Shown in pieces: positions 1-13,924 of a stretch of DNA of 64,000 nt. The DNA is from Tubiluchus corallicola (taxonomy: Eukaryota > Animalia > Priapulida): contig JAQGDQ010000933.1 in assembly GCA_030141605.1 (NCBI GenBank), positions 1-64,000 of the forward strand. The letters are read 5' to 3'. The number at the start of each line of letters is the position of its first letter. The first letter of the stretch is position 1. The notes below the pieces were generated by a model that saw only the letters and a program-made list of their open reading frames with translations, had not been told where the DNA came from and made no database searches. The translations under genes were made by a program, and so were the position numbers.

Positions 1-48
1 TTTAAGGTATAGATCGTTGAGAATGGTGCTGTCGTCCGTTATATATAT

Positions 49-91
<43 letters not shown>

Positions 92-630
92 ACAGAAAAA
101 CTCACATCAACTCACACCACACCACACCACTTCAACTTACCACGCCAATCTCAATACACCATATCACCCTTACAATAGCACACCAACCCACAGGACAGCA
201 ACCCAATGCTCCACTCATAGCACACCACACATCCACCCACCACACTATACCAACACCACCCCACCGGATTATTCACACCACATCACCCACACCACACCAC
301 ACCTAAAACACCACTCCACCAACTTTTCACGCACACCTTACCACCCCACCACACCATCCACAGCACAACACCCATAACACGCCACCACCACCACATCACA
401 TGGTGGAGTGGTGTTTTAGGTGTGGTGTGGTGTGGGTGATGTGGTGTGAATAATCCGGTGGGGTGGTGTTGGTATAGTGTGGTGGGTGGATGTGTGGTGT
501 GCTATGAGTGGAGCATTGGGTTGCTGTCCTGTGGGTTGGTGTGCTATTGTAAGGGTGATATGGTGTATTGAGATTGGCGTGGTAAGTTGAAGTGGTGTGG
601 TGTGGTGTGAGTTGATGTGAGTTTTTCTGT

Positions 631-673
<43 letters not shown>

Positions 674-721
674 ATATATATAACGGACGACAGCACCATT
701 CTCAACGATCTATACCTTAAA
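1..721. repeat. Long perfect inverted repeat (arms 1-321 and 401-721, 79-bp spacer) containing (AT)n and CACCA-rich low-complexity sequence
   Basis: 1-321 is the reverse complement of 401-721 (paired positions sum to 722 at every point checked, including the (AT)n boundaries); the left arm is cut by the window edge. Confidence 0.95.
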
Positions 722-769
722 TGAAAGGTCTCCACGCATAGATTCGCACCTGGGTCCACCGACGAGTGC

Positions 770-960
770 CGACGAGTTAAGTGTTCTATTTTTGGTAATT
801 TTCGCTTGGAAAACTGCTGACGCAAAGCCATTGTTCTGATGCCATCCATTATACTCTGCCTATAACCTGATAACTGTAATTCACTAAAAGCTGCTGCTGC
901 TGGCTTAGCGTTAGGCAATTAAGGAACACCAGGTAGAATGTTCATGTATTGTTGATTATA
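770..960 (-). repeat. Dispersed repeat, second copy at ~47060-47240 (+)
   Basis: Conceptual translations align (AFSELQLSGYRQSIMDGIRTMALRQQF vs GFTELKLKGYKQSTMDDVTTIALHQHF), with matching DNA similarity. Confidence 0.75.
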
Positions 961-1319
961 AGTGGATATATACGCAAAATATTTTGCGGGGCCTTTGCTT
1001 CCTTAATAATTCTGTCTGCAATTTAGTCTCTAATATCTCTTGAAGTTCTGTGTTGAGTTAAAGTTTAATTTATTAACAAATAATTTCTCGCTAGCTAAAT
1101 TGCATAAGCGCAGTAATTTATGTGTGGAAGATTCACATTTTATCAATTAGAAAAATAAATCTTATCTCGTGGACCTATCAGTTATAAAGCTTTAAGAAAA
1201 ACTTTAATAATTTTTAATAATGAATTTGAAAAAAATTATAATTGTAAAATGTACGAGAAAAATGGTCGTGCGCAAAAAATGGTATCACAAAGTTTTTTCT
1301 AATGATTAACTGATGTAAT

Positions 1320-1321
<2 letters not shown>

Positions 1322-1363
<42 letters not shown>
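1322..1363. repeat. (AT)n microsatellite
   Basis: Direct reading. Confidence 0.95.
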
Positions 1364-1368
<5 letters not shown>

Positions 1369-3879
1369 GTAATTAATTATTAATAATTAAAGGTACATAT
1401 AATTAATATATGATATTTTAATTAATTAATATATCCATTATTTATAATGGATAAAAATTTTCACAAATAATTTTTTTTTTAATTTTCTGCTTTATGATGT
1501 TACTAACATTGGAAGTATGTTATTTTTAATCATATTCCAATGTTGGACGGATGGTGTTGATTCGCTACTTCATTTCATGTTATAAAACAGCGTTAGAGAA
1601 ACAAAAGATACAGATTATATACCTCTGTGTTCTAGGCTAGTTCTGCGGAACAGGTGCTAAGATGTTAAACACATCTGTTCAGCCAGTTGAACAGACCACT
1701 CCATTCCACGCCAGGTACTTATAACTGTTATGCAATGGCTTCGTAGTGGATCGAACCATTACAATGTGGAGGGGGGTGGAGGGTGAAAATAAATAGCATT
1801 TCGGCGTCGTAACGGTATTATAAGTTACGTTACCTCGTCTTTTTAGGCACGTTGCCGCTTCTATCCTCACCCACTCTGATCTGTATACTATACAACGTAT
1901 TCTACTCTACCCTATCCTACCCTAATCAAATGAAAATTTTCTTTCTAAAGTTTTTTCCCGTACATTAGAAGTAAGAAGTAATGTTAGCAATGAACAAATA
2001 CGGACTGTAAATTTCATTAATGAAGATATCTAGAACGTAATTGTTTTATTAACGCAGATGATGCGTTACAAGAAACGAAGATTTTAATCCCTTGCAATTC
2101 TGTCTAGAATTTTATAATGACTGACAATGATAATGTCATTTTTTGAAGTGGTTCAGGAAATTTCAAAAAAAACTTAGCAGCGTGAGAACTACTGGGTAAT
2201 GAACAGCCTTTCAATGCTCACCAAAATAAACGCTGAAGTTCCAATTAATGCGTCAACATTTAGACAATTTTGCAACTTTCTAATTATTGTAGGAACTTTT
2301 GTGTCTACAACAGTTTTTTAAAAATAATCTTTTCTCACAGCAACAGTGTTTTCATGACTCTTGACCTTGTCGCTGCAGCTCTCTGCTGTATTCTCACTAT
2401 TGTTGTTTTTGCTGCTGCTGCTTCTGCTGCTGATAGTGATAACGATGATGATAATTAAGATGATGTCGCTCTACCTACAAAACCACCCAAAATTCATAAA
2501 TTTATAAAAACTCAATGCTTTTATAGTAAAACTCTACATATATTTTTAAAATTTAGACAAAGCAAAACTAGGAGAATTCTAGCGAACAGCTAAATCTTTT
2601 CTCATGGAATCTTGAGTAACCAGTTCTTAATTTAATCCGTGAAAATGCAGCTGTCTGACAGCTCTGTTTATTTTAGTATTCAATGTCAGCTTTAGGATGT
2701 TTGCAAACAATCACAGCAGCTTATTATAAAATTTCATGCATCTCTTTGTTAGGCGGCTACAAAGCAATCAGAATTATTTCTCAGACATAAATTATTAGAA
2801 ATTAGAATCCCTTAGTTCAGGTAACTCTTAGTATCTAGGGCGTGTGCTTTGTCTTTAGCTCGCGGTTCAAATACTTTATAAGCACTTAAACAAACTGGAA
2901 AAGTTCTTAAGAAACAAGACAAACAAAATTTGCTAGAAAAATTACGACTTTCTTTATAAACTTTTCAATGATAAAAAGTTGCATCATAATTATAAAAACT
3001 GGTTAAAAACTAAAGTGGCGTCAAAGAAAAAAAGAAATTCTCTAGAAAGACACAATGTGGCTAAATTGACATGAAACAGCCATGACCAATCTTCTAGTGT
3101 AACTAGCCGTCCATTCACCTACCAGCAGGTTGTGGAGGGACCGAAAACTAAACAATACTGTAAGCATGTTACATAGCTCGGCATCTCCAGCACAGGAGAA
3201 TCTCAAGACAAGCCATTACTCATCAAGTTTCTTTACATTTTATTTCTATAATTATGTTAATTCTAATAGTTTTGTTGCACTTTAAACAGTTTGCTTAATG
3301 CAGCATTTTGTTGTTTAAATCTTAATAGAAACAATCAGTTGTTGTTCATAAAGCAAATGTTACCTAGGAGTCTCATCACAAATTCGAACAATGGCGCTGT
3401 ATAAACACACTCTCTGGAAGATTAAACTTCTTGTGAAATTAATCTGATCTGTAAATATTCTACACCCAATGTAAGATTTTAATCATCAGTAACCCGGCTA
3501 GGAATTTAATAAGTGAAGTCTCGAGAATTATTTACCCGAGAAGCGAGTCACGCAAAGGCTTTAATCTTCAACAATTGAAATTTTGTGAAGTATTAAGCTG
3601 CGATGCAGTTTATACCGTCACGTCCTCAACACACAAAGGAGGATTTTGATCCGTAAAACAAATATGTCTGCGATCAGACAATAGCTCAATAATCTCTCTT
3701 TTTAAATTGATTCGACAGATTTTACAACAATTTTGGCAGCGTGAGAAATTGTGGGTAACGTCCAATCATGAAACTCCCACGATAAACCGTTTACACAGTT
3801 ACGAGTTACGATTTTTCAAATCTTTGATATTTTAGAAGATTTTTGACACAACTATCTCAGTGGTCATTTCTACTAATTA

Positions 3880-6800
3880 CTGCTACTAATTATTGCTTTT
3901 AACAATTATATTATAATGCTGTAACATACAAAACTGATTTCTGCACAAAGATTATAGAGGTCTACACAGCTGTAATACTATTAAACACATTTTGATAAAT
4001 GAATTGCAGGCGGATTGCATGAACTATTGGTGAGACTTCGACACTCATTGTGGCTGTTTCATTTGCTCTGCTGCTAATCCTGGTTGTTTATGCGGCAAAG
4101 AGAGGATGTTTCACACACAAACAAGGCCGAGACACCTCTGGCAGTTCAGTGGCTCAACTTCAGGGATTACCTTTGTTAATGAGGCATCTTCAACTCAGCC
4201 CACATCACAAACATCTCAATTTTCTGATGCCTTTACTGCGACCCATAATTACGTTGTTAGTGTGTAATAGTATGTACAATAAAGGTCAATGTTCAGAAGA
4301 AATATCTGACGGTGTAAACATTAACGTTTCTTCAAAATCGTTTAACACAAAGAGCTTTGAAACATGCTGCAATGTTTATTTAAAACAAGTTTTCCTCCTT
4401 TGTGCTGAAGATGTGAAACATTCTGAATTTAAGCTAAGATCTTGTGTCAATACATTAGCCTGGGAACTAAGAAAAAGACGCCTGGGAAAGAGTTAAGTAA
4501 ATAAAGCAGAGTGATTACAAGGTTCTTGAATTTCAAGGCTGCATTCCACACCTGCGAAAGAGTTAAGCAAATAACGCACAGTGATTACGCACTTAAATTT
4601 CAAAGGCTGCATTCCACGCCTGCGAAAGAGTTAACGAAATAAAGCTGAGCAAATACAGACAAGACTGTTAATAGTGTACGACATTCCAAGAAATTTGACA
4701 TAAGCTTTTCTACAAAGGAGTGTGAAGTAACAACATTTCTCATTATTCAGTCGCTCTCTACACATCCCGATCCACCGAGAGCAAAAGTCAGAAATCCAGT
4801 TGCAGACCAGTTTCATTTTTGCTTAACCTTGCAAATCACAGCCTGTGATCTATTATACTGGCCGACATATGATCATTTTTTTCTCTTTGAAGTAAAGCTT
4901 GTAATAATATAACCACCTGGGAAATGTGATGTTTTGGTAAGACTAAGAGGTTTATAAGCACAAAAAATGAGTTTGAGTTTTCAGCTTTGAAAGCATTTTG
5001 ACATATTTGTATTGAAAACAAAAGAGGAAAAACCAGATTCTTTTACCATCACAATAAAGACAAGGCTGGGTAATAATAATAGCTGTTTAAACAAGACACA
5101 GGCAATTGTAATTGTTCAAACATAGGCAAACATGGCTCAATACGAAAAGGCTAGTCCTCTAAAGTGATTTGTTTGCTGAAGACAGAAATTGTCCCTCTCT
5201 GGCGCCAACTCTGTTATTATTAAAACTCAATGAAAAGGGATGATTTTTGTCCTCTCTTTAGTATGAATGCAACAGCTTTTACATTCCTTCGCTGATTTTA
5301 AATTGTCGTGTTGTTATTAATGGATGCTGCGAATGAATGGTCTCTTAGCCATAATTTATATATGAAATACATTTGCCAGTTACCTCAATCAAATAAAAAA
5401 TTGATTTTTAATAAAAATAAATTAAAAACTATCGGTATCCACTGTGTTTTCACTGTGACATTGTACAGTTTTTCTTATGTGAAAATGGCTAATGTAGAAA
5501 CTTTAACTATCCGGACAGAAGACTCTGTTGCAGTGTGGTCTCAAGTCTACTTTTGAAGAGAAATTCCTGTTAAAAGATGAAACAACCTTAATTTGTCCTT
5601 GGCTGATCTGTTGCTTTCTGTACAGCTTGGGCATTACTTCTAAGATTGCATATTAATTTTGATTTTAAATGCATAATTCTAAATCTGTCTACAATCGTTT
5701 TTTCTTAACTCTTAATCTGCTCAGCTGACTTGCATAATTCTTAATCACTACTGGTTGTTGTTAATTATTATTTTTTTTGCTAAATTTCTGCTCTTAATAT
5801 TTTCTTCTTGTTGTTCGGTCTGATCCAGGGGTAGAGCCATGCTGTGCTGGCTGTGTACCAGTTTGCATTCTACAATTTTCTTAATATAATATAAAAATTT
5901 TGCCCGATTTTGTGCAGCGAATAAAAGTTTTTAAAGTAATAATTTGATAAGTCATTAATCGTATAAAATTTATAGTGTATCAGTTCTCATTCACTTGGCT
6001 AACTTGTTCTTTCGTAATTTATTTTCTATTTTAACGTAATGTAGCTGTTGTGTTTAGTTGCGATTTTGTACACTAGATGGCTGCCTGATGCTACTCCGCT
6101 AATTGGAGCACCCGCCATTGCTAGACATGCATGCTGCACTACTACTGCGCTGTCAATCGTTCTCACACATGATCTCTCATGTGCATCGTTGCTTCCATAG
6201 GCGTTGCTGCACTCACTGCTCCAGCATGTGTGCTAATACAACACGTCTCTGCCATGCTCTACACAGACAGGCATACTTGGCTAAAATATTTTCCCTTGTA
6301 CCTTGTACTGTCTTCTTGTTACACTGGCAAATATATTTGGGGGGGGGGGGCGGGGAAGGCGGTAAAACTGCATCACTAGTCTTGTGTTTTGCTTTAATTT
6401 TGTACGAGACGTTATAGGTATCTTTACTTAAGTCAAAACTAGATTTTTTTCCTATGCCTGGGTTTATTTTTGCTGCACAATGGGCGCAACACGGAAAGTT
6501 CTCTCCATGATCTAAATTAGATCCAGTTTCTGTCAATGTATCGTATACTCAAATAGGGCAAAGATATTTTTTAAACATCCGTTAATAACAACAAGACTAT
6601 TTCAAATCAAAGAAAACAACGTAAAAGCAGGACTATTCATAGTAAAAGCATACAAAAATAATCTGATGTCATTGAGCTCATAGGAATTTACTGTTAATGA
6701 GTTCATCACTTTGTAGATTTACTCTTTCACATCGAGCCATTTTTGCCCTTGTGACTGAAGACTAAAATTTTCTGCATCATGCTCAAATGGCCATTATTAT

Positions 6801-8330
6801 CACCCAGTCTCGTCTTTGTTGTGATGGTAAAAGAACCTGGTTTTTCTCTCTGTTTTCAATACAAATATGTCAAAATGCTTTGAAATCTAAAAACTCAAAC
6901 TCACTTATTGTGCTTGTAATCCTCTTAGTCTTATCAAAACATCGTATTTCCCAGGTGGTTATTTTTACAAGCTTTACTTCAAAGAGAAAAAATAATGGCA
7001 TGTCAGCCTAGTAGTACAATATACATTGCTACACGTCCTGATATAAAAGGGATTTAGGCACCGGATGGATGGAAGGATATAGGCTGTGATTTGCAAGGTT
7101 AACAACAAAGAAACTGGTCAGCAAACGGATTTCTGACCTTTGCACTCAGTGGACAAGGATGTATAAAACCACGTTGTGTTGTGCCTTGTGCATCGATTAG
7201 TGATCGCGAATCAATTACATTTAAAAGAATATAGTAGTACCTTCGTATAAAACAGCTTAAAAGACAGAAGAGGGTTTCTTGTGCATATGTCGCAGTCACG
7301 ATAAAAGAAATCTTTGTTTGTTTTCATTTGAGGCTTGTCCTCAATACTGTCCCCCCCGTTACATGACGTCACCTACGAAAAAGTGATTCAGGCGAGGAAA
7401 GGCATTGTTAAATTAGGTCTCAAAAAACTTTCCATCTAAATCTATATTATTTGGCGGCATTTCGCTTATTTTCTCGAAAGACTTGGAAGGTTACATGTGC
7501 TTTAAAGTTTCTCTTGTTGGGGGGTTTGGGGGGGGGCTGCTGTGCCAGAAAACTGCACAATCTAGAAAAATGCTATTGCTTCAAACTTCTGTGTAGTGAA
7601 CCGTCTTTGTATGTCAATTTAACTGGAATGTTGTACACTATTCTAGTCTTGTCTGTATTTATTTTCTTAACCCTTTCCTAGACGTCATTTTCTAAGCTCC
7701 CAGACTTTGTTCACACAAGATTTTGTGTAAATTTTATAAATTTTTAACACCTCAGGCGCGAAAGAGCAAAACCTGTTCTAAAATAAAGACTGCAGCATCT
7801 TGGATTTGAAATCTCTTTGCGTTGAATGATTTTGATCCTACGTCAATATTTATACAGTCAGATAATTCTACTGACATCAGCTTTGAACTTTAAACTGCAC
7901 TCACAACTTGTCAACAACTGACTTCTGAAATTATGACATGCTAAGAACATAATTATGTATTGAAGTAATGGTATCAGAAAATTGAGATGTTTTTTCACAT
8001 GATCTGAGTTGAGTATGGCTCATTATCAAGTGCAATCCCAGATGATGCGCCACTGGACTACCAGAAGTCTCTCGGCCATGTTCATGCATGAAACGTCCTC
8101 TCTATGTAATGAAAACAACTAAAATCAAAATGGCAAATGAAACTTCCCAAACGAGTATGGAACCCATGTCTCTCAAATCTTTCATGCAAGGCAAGTTCAC
8201 CTGACCACAACTTATTTATAAAAAATCTGTTTAATATTATTATAGTTGTGCAGACCTCTAAAGCCTTTATGCAAACAGTTTTGTATATTATAAAATGATA
8301 ATAGAATCATTTAAGCAGTAATTAGAAACA
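3880..8330. repeat. Old inverted duplication: arm ~3880-5160 vs ~6720-8330 (right arm has an insertion at ~7160-7550)
   Basis: Several collinear reverse-complement blocks, e.g. 4050-4270 vs 7920-8150, 4870-5090 vs 6785-7010, 4760-4850 vs 7080-7160; substantially diverged. Confidence 0.85.
4010..4267 (+). pseudogene. Degenerate exon encoding a single transmembrane helix plus cytoplasmic tail (inverted paralogue at ~7930-8200)
   Basis: After ttgcag: TLIVAVSFALLLILVVYAAKRG, then after a frameshift FVNEASSTQPTSQTSQFSDAFTATHNYVVSV*; the paralogue reads EVSFAILILVVFIT*RG...TSQFSDTITSIHNYVLSMS*. Confidence 0.4.
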
Positions 8331-8379
8331 GTGATCACATAGACGATAACAATGTAAATTATCGTTATTATATTCAGTG

Positions 8380-8700
8380 TTATTATCTTCGTGAGAACAT
8401 TCTTTGAAAGCATTAGCAATTTCCGTATCATCTGTGACTAATTTGTTATTCAATTTGCGAGAAATATTTGAAGGTTGTGTTTCCTTGTGCATTAATGTGC
8501 ATTCCTTGTGCATCTTTCATGTCTGACCAAGTTTATTGACATTAGATTTAATTTTTTTAACTTGTTAAGATAATCATTTTTTAGCTGTTTTGATAATAAT
8601 ATTCAATTCGCTTCTATATAGTTTTTACTCATTAATTGTACTGTCTGATGAACTGTTAACTACAGCACATTTTATTTTTATTATTAACACTGTTCATTAA
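8380..8700 (-). mobile_element. LINE (CR1/L2-type) fragment, endonuclease-RT linker
   Basis: KLNNKLVTDDTEIANAF resembles KLTINNVDYTDTYDIASKLNEFF of the LINE at 44.3 kb. Confidence 0.55.
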
Positions 8701-10859
8701 ATCAGGTGTACTCTGTGTAATCCAAAACAATATTTAAAATCTGAGAATGTACAAATTTCACAAATAGCAGTTCACATTTTACAGACAATTTCTACTGTTG
8801 TTAATTCATTCTTCTCCTAACCCTAAATCACCTTAGGTAGCTTCCACAAATCACTGACTGCAGTCAGCATAAATACCGCAGCATCCTTTGCAAGACAGAT
8901 AACTAACTCATCACAATTAAAAGGCTCTTGCCCAAAGCCAATGTTGTCTGTCCTGTCAAAAATTTATAATTTAATAGTAATAAAAAACGTTTGTGACATT
9001 TGTAGCTCAATAAATTTACTATAGAACTGGAATAATAATTTTCGACCACTTGTATAGCAATGTTATTTCAATCAGTCTGTTAACTTCTGTAAGGCATGTG
9101 CCATGGTTTTCACGCCGTTTCCCTTTCTTTTTGTACCTTTGAAATGTTTGCAAAGCTTTTGCGATTTCATTTGCTCTACAAACATTTTTCTCAACTACAT
9201 ATTATTACATTGATGGCCTTGAAAAGTAAATGCCTTTGTCAGTTTTTGCATGGAGAATTTCAAACAATTTGTCTTCAAATGAAAGGTTGGCCAGTTTTGC
9301 TGTGGCGAAATATGATCGAATTATTTGGTTGAACGAATTTGATAAAAAATTATCACTCAAATTAGTTTGCGATATCTGTTTATCGCAAACTAAAACTGTC
9401 AAACAAAAGCAACAACGACACCTGCATGCATGACATCAAACAATAGCATGGTAAGAAGTGGTGTTGTCAGCCTGCCGGAGAATTATAGTCCAAACATGTC
9501 GTAACTTTGTTTCATGGTTGACAATTAGAAAATCAATGTTTATAAAAAAATCATTATTCTATGTAAATATAATTTCAGTGTTTAAAATAACTGCCTTAGT
9601 CATCACCAGGCTTGACAATTTTTACATCTGTAATAGAATTTTGGCTTATTTGTAAAGAAAAATTCAAATAAAAACTGTTGCAAATTTAAGAACATCTAAC
9701 AAAAAAAACTTAACAAAAACAAATTTTAAACAAACAAAATCATAACAAATGAAAATTAACATCAACATAAGCAAACAAATGAAAGTACATTTACACGAAT
9801 ACTTTTAAGCAATGAACAGCACAAAAAACCAAAAAACGAAATTATTTCAAAGTTTAAAAACTCAAAATTCTTCAAAACTCACGTGGAGTACATAAAAACA
9901 AAGTTACTGACCAGAGATTTGACTAACTTTTATGTTATGATTATTTAAATCTGCTTATGGTATATAGTTTGTGAAAACAAAATTCAAATGCAAATTTATG
10001 ATTATCTAATTTAGTATGGCCTATCTTTATCAAAGTTTCTTAAAAGGAAAATTCTGCTTTCATGCAGAAGATAATGAAAAGGGCTTAAAATATACTAGAA
10101 AGAAAATAAAGGAAAAGTGAACAATATTTAATAGAATCAATGGAGTATCACTCTATAGGTATCAATCAGAAACTTTCTATACTGATATGATTCTTAAATG
10201 ATTTATATGACAGTTTTCTTAAGGTTAGATTATGTGAATATATTAAGTGATTTTGCGAGAGCATTGCCTGAACTGGAAGAGTTGCCACCCATCCTTTTAG
10301 TTGCAAGTTTCTGTAGTGCATAACTTTTATTGCTAGCTACTCTTAACATCACCACTAAACTTCTTCCATTATCTCACTAAGTGACAGAGGATCAAAAGCA
10401 GCATCGTTTAAGTGTACTGCAAACAAATTTTTCTTGTCTTAAGTTGAGTTTAGGAGCGTGAAAATATTTACAAGACTTCATGTAGACGTTTAATCTCTTT
10501 AGTCGCGACTAGGAAAGTTATTCAGAATTCTAGTAGACGTGTTAAGCTGTACTTAGTCACGTCTAACTTATGCACGCACTTATCGAATTAGGACAAGATT
10601 AATTTAACAAAACTACGTCGTAGCGGCACTCTTAACTTTACTGAATTGTAGTAACTCGATAAATACTACTGTCGTTTCAAAAATTTATGAAATGGTTGAC
10701 CGATAGTTTAGAAATACTGTGAATACCATGGCGGATGTTACAAAAGTTAATATTTACTAAAAAATTGACCTATAGTAAATTATTTTCCACCTCATTTATA
10801 GAAATTGCTGTGCGCAATTTTATGAGCAGTGATGATTATGCAATGATATAGTGCATTGG

Positions 10860-11040
10860 TAGTAACAATGATTATAACGATCATGATAATGATGGCGACG
10901 ACGATGTTGATGACGACGATGACAACAGTGATGATGATGATGACTGTGATGGTGATGATGATGACGACGATGATGATGATCATGATGACGATCATAATGG
11001 TGATGATGATGATGACGACGATGATTAGTGATAATGATTA
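10860..11040. repeat. Imperfect (GAT/GAC)n trinucleotide microsatellite
   Basis: Direct reading; explains the poly-Met and poly-Ile ORFs. Confidence 0.95.
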
Positions 11041-11339
11041 TTGTTATAGTTAATATGGTTCCTTTTCTGGTTCCTTTTACAAATGCACTTGTAGTTTTTT
11101 TTTACAATTTTTTCCCACAAACTCAATTTTTTCTACAGACAGCCACTTATCTGCACTATCCAAAAAATATATCTGCAAACATCCCCTTGTAATAGGCTTA
11201 TTCTATAACTTGTTGCTCCATGTTTCTGCTCCCATTAAACACAACTGTATCTTAATTTGTCTGGCGGATTGCGGGTAATTAGGGTTGCGGGTTGCGCAGT
11301 ATGCAGAGATGGGATGTGTTATAAGCTGCTGAATTATGG

Positions 11340-11970
11340 CATTGGGGCCACTTTTTTCAGATGATTAAAAGTATGAAAAAACTAGTATGGCAATAAAACT
11401 CCTTGCAGGAACACAAATCATTATTACGAAATTAGTAGTGTAAGTCAATGTTGCATATTAAGCCATCTTACTTTTCCATTTATGTTAATGATTTACCTGA
11501 AATATTTTATGCAAAATGCCATCCTGCAGCAATGCTGGAATTAACGTTCTTATGTACGCAGATGATATTGTTCTGTTGTCAAGGTCAGAAAGTGGCTTGT
11601 AGGAGTGCCTAAAAACTAGCGGAATATGGTAAACAGTGGTCATTGACTGTAAATATAAATAAAACTAAAGCAGTTATTTCTTATAAAACAGACAGAATTT
11701 TAAAAAAATGTCGTTTTTGTTTTAAGGAGTGAAACATTTGAAAGTAAAGAAAAATAAATATTTAGTTTTAGAGGTCGATAATTTGGCTTATTTTAGGGAT
11801 AGTATTAATACCTTAAATGATACAGGTATGAAATGTATGAATTTATTACGTCAGTCTTTATTTTCTTATGATATTAATCCACAGATAACAATAAGAATTT
11901 TCAATGCTGTCATCAGATCTTTATGTTCGAATGCTTCAGATATATGGTTACCACATTTTTACAATTTTTG
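11340..11970 (+). mobile_element. Degenerate non-LTR retrotransposon reverse transcriptase
   Basis: IYVNDLP, LMYADDIVLLS, LTVNINKTK and KYL motifs with stops and frameshifts. Confidence 0.8.
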
Positions 11971-12959
11971 AAGAATAATGAATATTAAATTTGCAGACCT
12001 TTTTATAAGGACCTGCTACAGGGAGAGTTGCCTTAGCCATATTCTCTGTTTCTATCTATCGTAAAAATAAACTGGAAACACAACAGATTACCTTTTCAGA
12101 GAGCCACTCATCCATTTAGTTGGAAGTTTATATAGTGCGTAACTTTCATCGCACTCTTCACGTAGTCTCTCAACTTTTTCTGTTGTTCTCAATAAGTGAC
12201 AGAAGATCAAAAGCAGTTCCATCTGAGAGCACACACAATAAAGTTTTGTTATTAAAGCACAGGTGTGTTCTATTATTTCTATTGACGTTAATGCTTGAAA
12301 TAATATAGCACCCTGGGAGACATGCAACGTGATGTTTTGTTAAGATTGAAAGGATTACAATGTATTTTCAGATTTGAAAGCTTTTCAAAGTGTTTGTATT
12401 GCAAACGCAGAGGTAAAAACTGGTTTTCCTTTATGATAGTAAAGGGGGAGACTGCGTAATAATAATTGCTGTTTGGATAAGACGGAGAATGTTTTAAGTG
12501 CTCAGCCACCTGAACAAAGACTCTTTGAAAGTGAAATTCTAAAATTCAGGTTCTGTTATTGATTTTGAGCAAGGATGAATTGCTTCCAGTGGTTTTGAAG
12601 TAAATATTTTTCCTCATTTTAGCTTCTTGTGTAAATTAACCACACCTGAACACCTGGGAAAAGACGCCAGGGAAAGAGTTAAGAAATAACACTCAAACAT
12701 AGGTGCCAAAGAATTGAACAAACTGAATGGCTTAAGATTGGGAAAGATTTTGGGGCATTTATTAAAATTTTGCTAAACCTGCAGATACTGATGCACGTGA
12801 AACTGCTTTCACTGGATATTATTGAAATTACTTGGCACAAAAAAATTTGTAGATTATTTCAACGTCATTTCAAGTTCTGCCATTGATCTAAACATGCATT
12901 AGTAGTTTCCTGTACACAAATCCAAATCCAAGGTACGCAAATGTTTATCTTTGAACAAT

Positions 12960-13365
12960 TTTCGCTTTGTGTTGGTGGTTAACAATATCTTGTGTCAATA
13001 TATTAGCCTGGGAGTCTAGAAAAAGATGCCTGGTGAAAGAGCTAAGAAAACAAAGCAGAGTGTTTACACACTTGAATTTCAAAAGTCTGCATTCCACACC
13101 TAGGAAAGAGTTAAGCAAATAAAGCAGAGTGTTTACACACTTGAATTTCAAAGTCTGCCTTCCACACCTGAGAAAGAGCTAAGCAAATAAAGCAGAGTGA
13201 TTACACACTTCAATTTCAAAAGCTGCCTTCAACACCTGGGAAAGATTTAACAAAGAAAGCAGAGCAAATACAGACAAGACTAATAATATTCTACGTACAA
13301 CATTCCACTAAAATTGACAAAATCTACAAAGAAGTGTGAAGCAATAACCATTTCTCATTATTGCC
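12960..13365 (+). repeat. Third copy of the 4430-4750 repeat, with a ~68-69-bp tandem unit (cctgggaaagagttaagcaaataaagcagagtgattacacacttgaatttcaa...) in ~3.5 copies
   Basis: Units start near 13030, 13099, 13167 and 13235; matching units at 4481, 4551 and 4619. Confidence 0.85.
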
Positions 13366-13924
13366 TCAATAAGTATTGCGTATGTCTTAGTATCACTTTC
13401 TGCACAGGAGAAACTTTAAACTCCAAATTACCTACATTCTTTTAAATTCTTCATATTTAATTCACGATAACTAATCGAGCAAGACAAAACACGAAGGTTT
13501 GGGAGATGAACACTTTCTTTGTGAAGCAGCAGCAGGTTCTAGTAAATCAAATGGAAAGTATGAATGAGATTAATTATGAAATTAATCCATCACAGCAGTA
13601 TCTCAATGCAGTTACCAATTTTTGGAGTAGCTGATTTAATCATTGCTTTGCAAAGTGATGCAAACTGATGCAGTGTTCTGTTTCTTTATCTAAATTAAAT
13701 GTCTTCATTATTCGAAAAATCAATATTGCCGAGGAAATTCTGCAACAATTTGAGCAAATAAGCCACATGGATACATTCTTCTGAGTATTAAACCTCGCGT
13801 GGAATGAGTTTTGAACACATGATTTGTAGACACTGATTGGCGATAAAGAAGTTTGCAAAAATATTTTTCAAAGTCACGCCCAATAAAAGCAATTTCAAAT
13901 TTAATACGTCTATATTTGGTTTAA

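Noticed and set aside
544-918. 124-aa ORF
   Set aside because: Runs through (AT)n and the palindrome arm; derived from repeats
1630-1760. tRNA or SINE suggested by B-box GGTTCGATCC on the minus strand (1748-1757)
   Set aside because: No A-box or cloverleaf and no second copy in the window; at most a SINE remnant
8800-9440. Possible hAT transposase or zinc-finger remnants (LVCDICL; KDAAVFM)
   Set aside because: Motifs are too short and lie on opposite strands
10792-11053. Hydrophobic poly-Ile/poly-Met ORFs
   Set aside because: Translations of a trinucleotide microsatellite
13030-13265. CRISPR-like periodic repeat
   Set aside because: The whole ~69-bp unit repeats with no unique spacers; no cas genes; eukaryotic context
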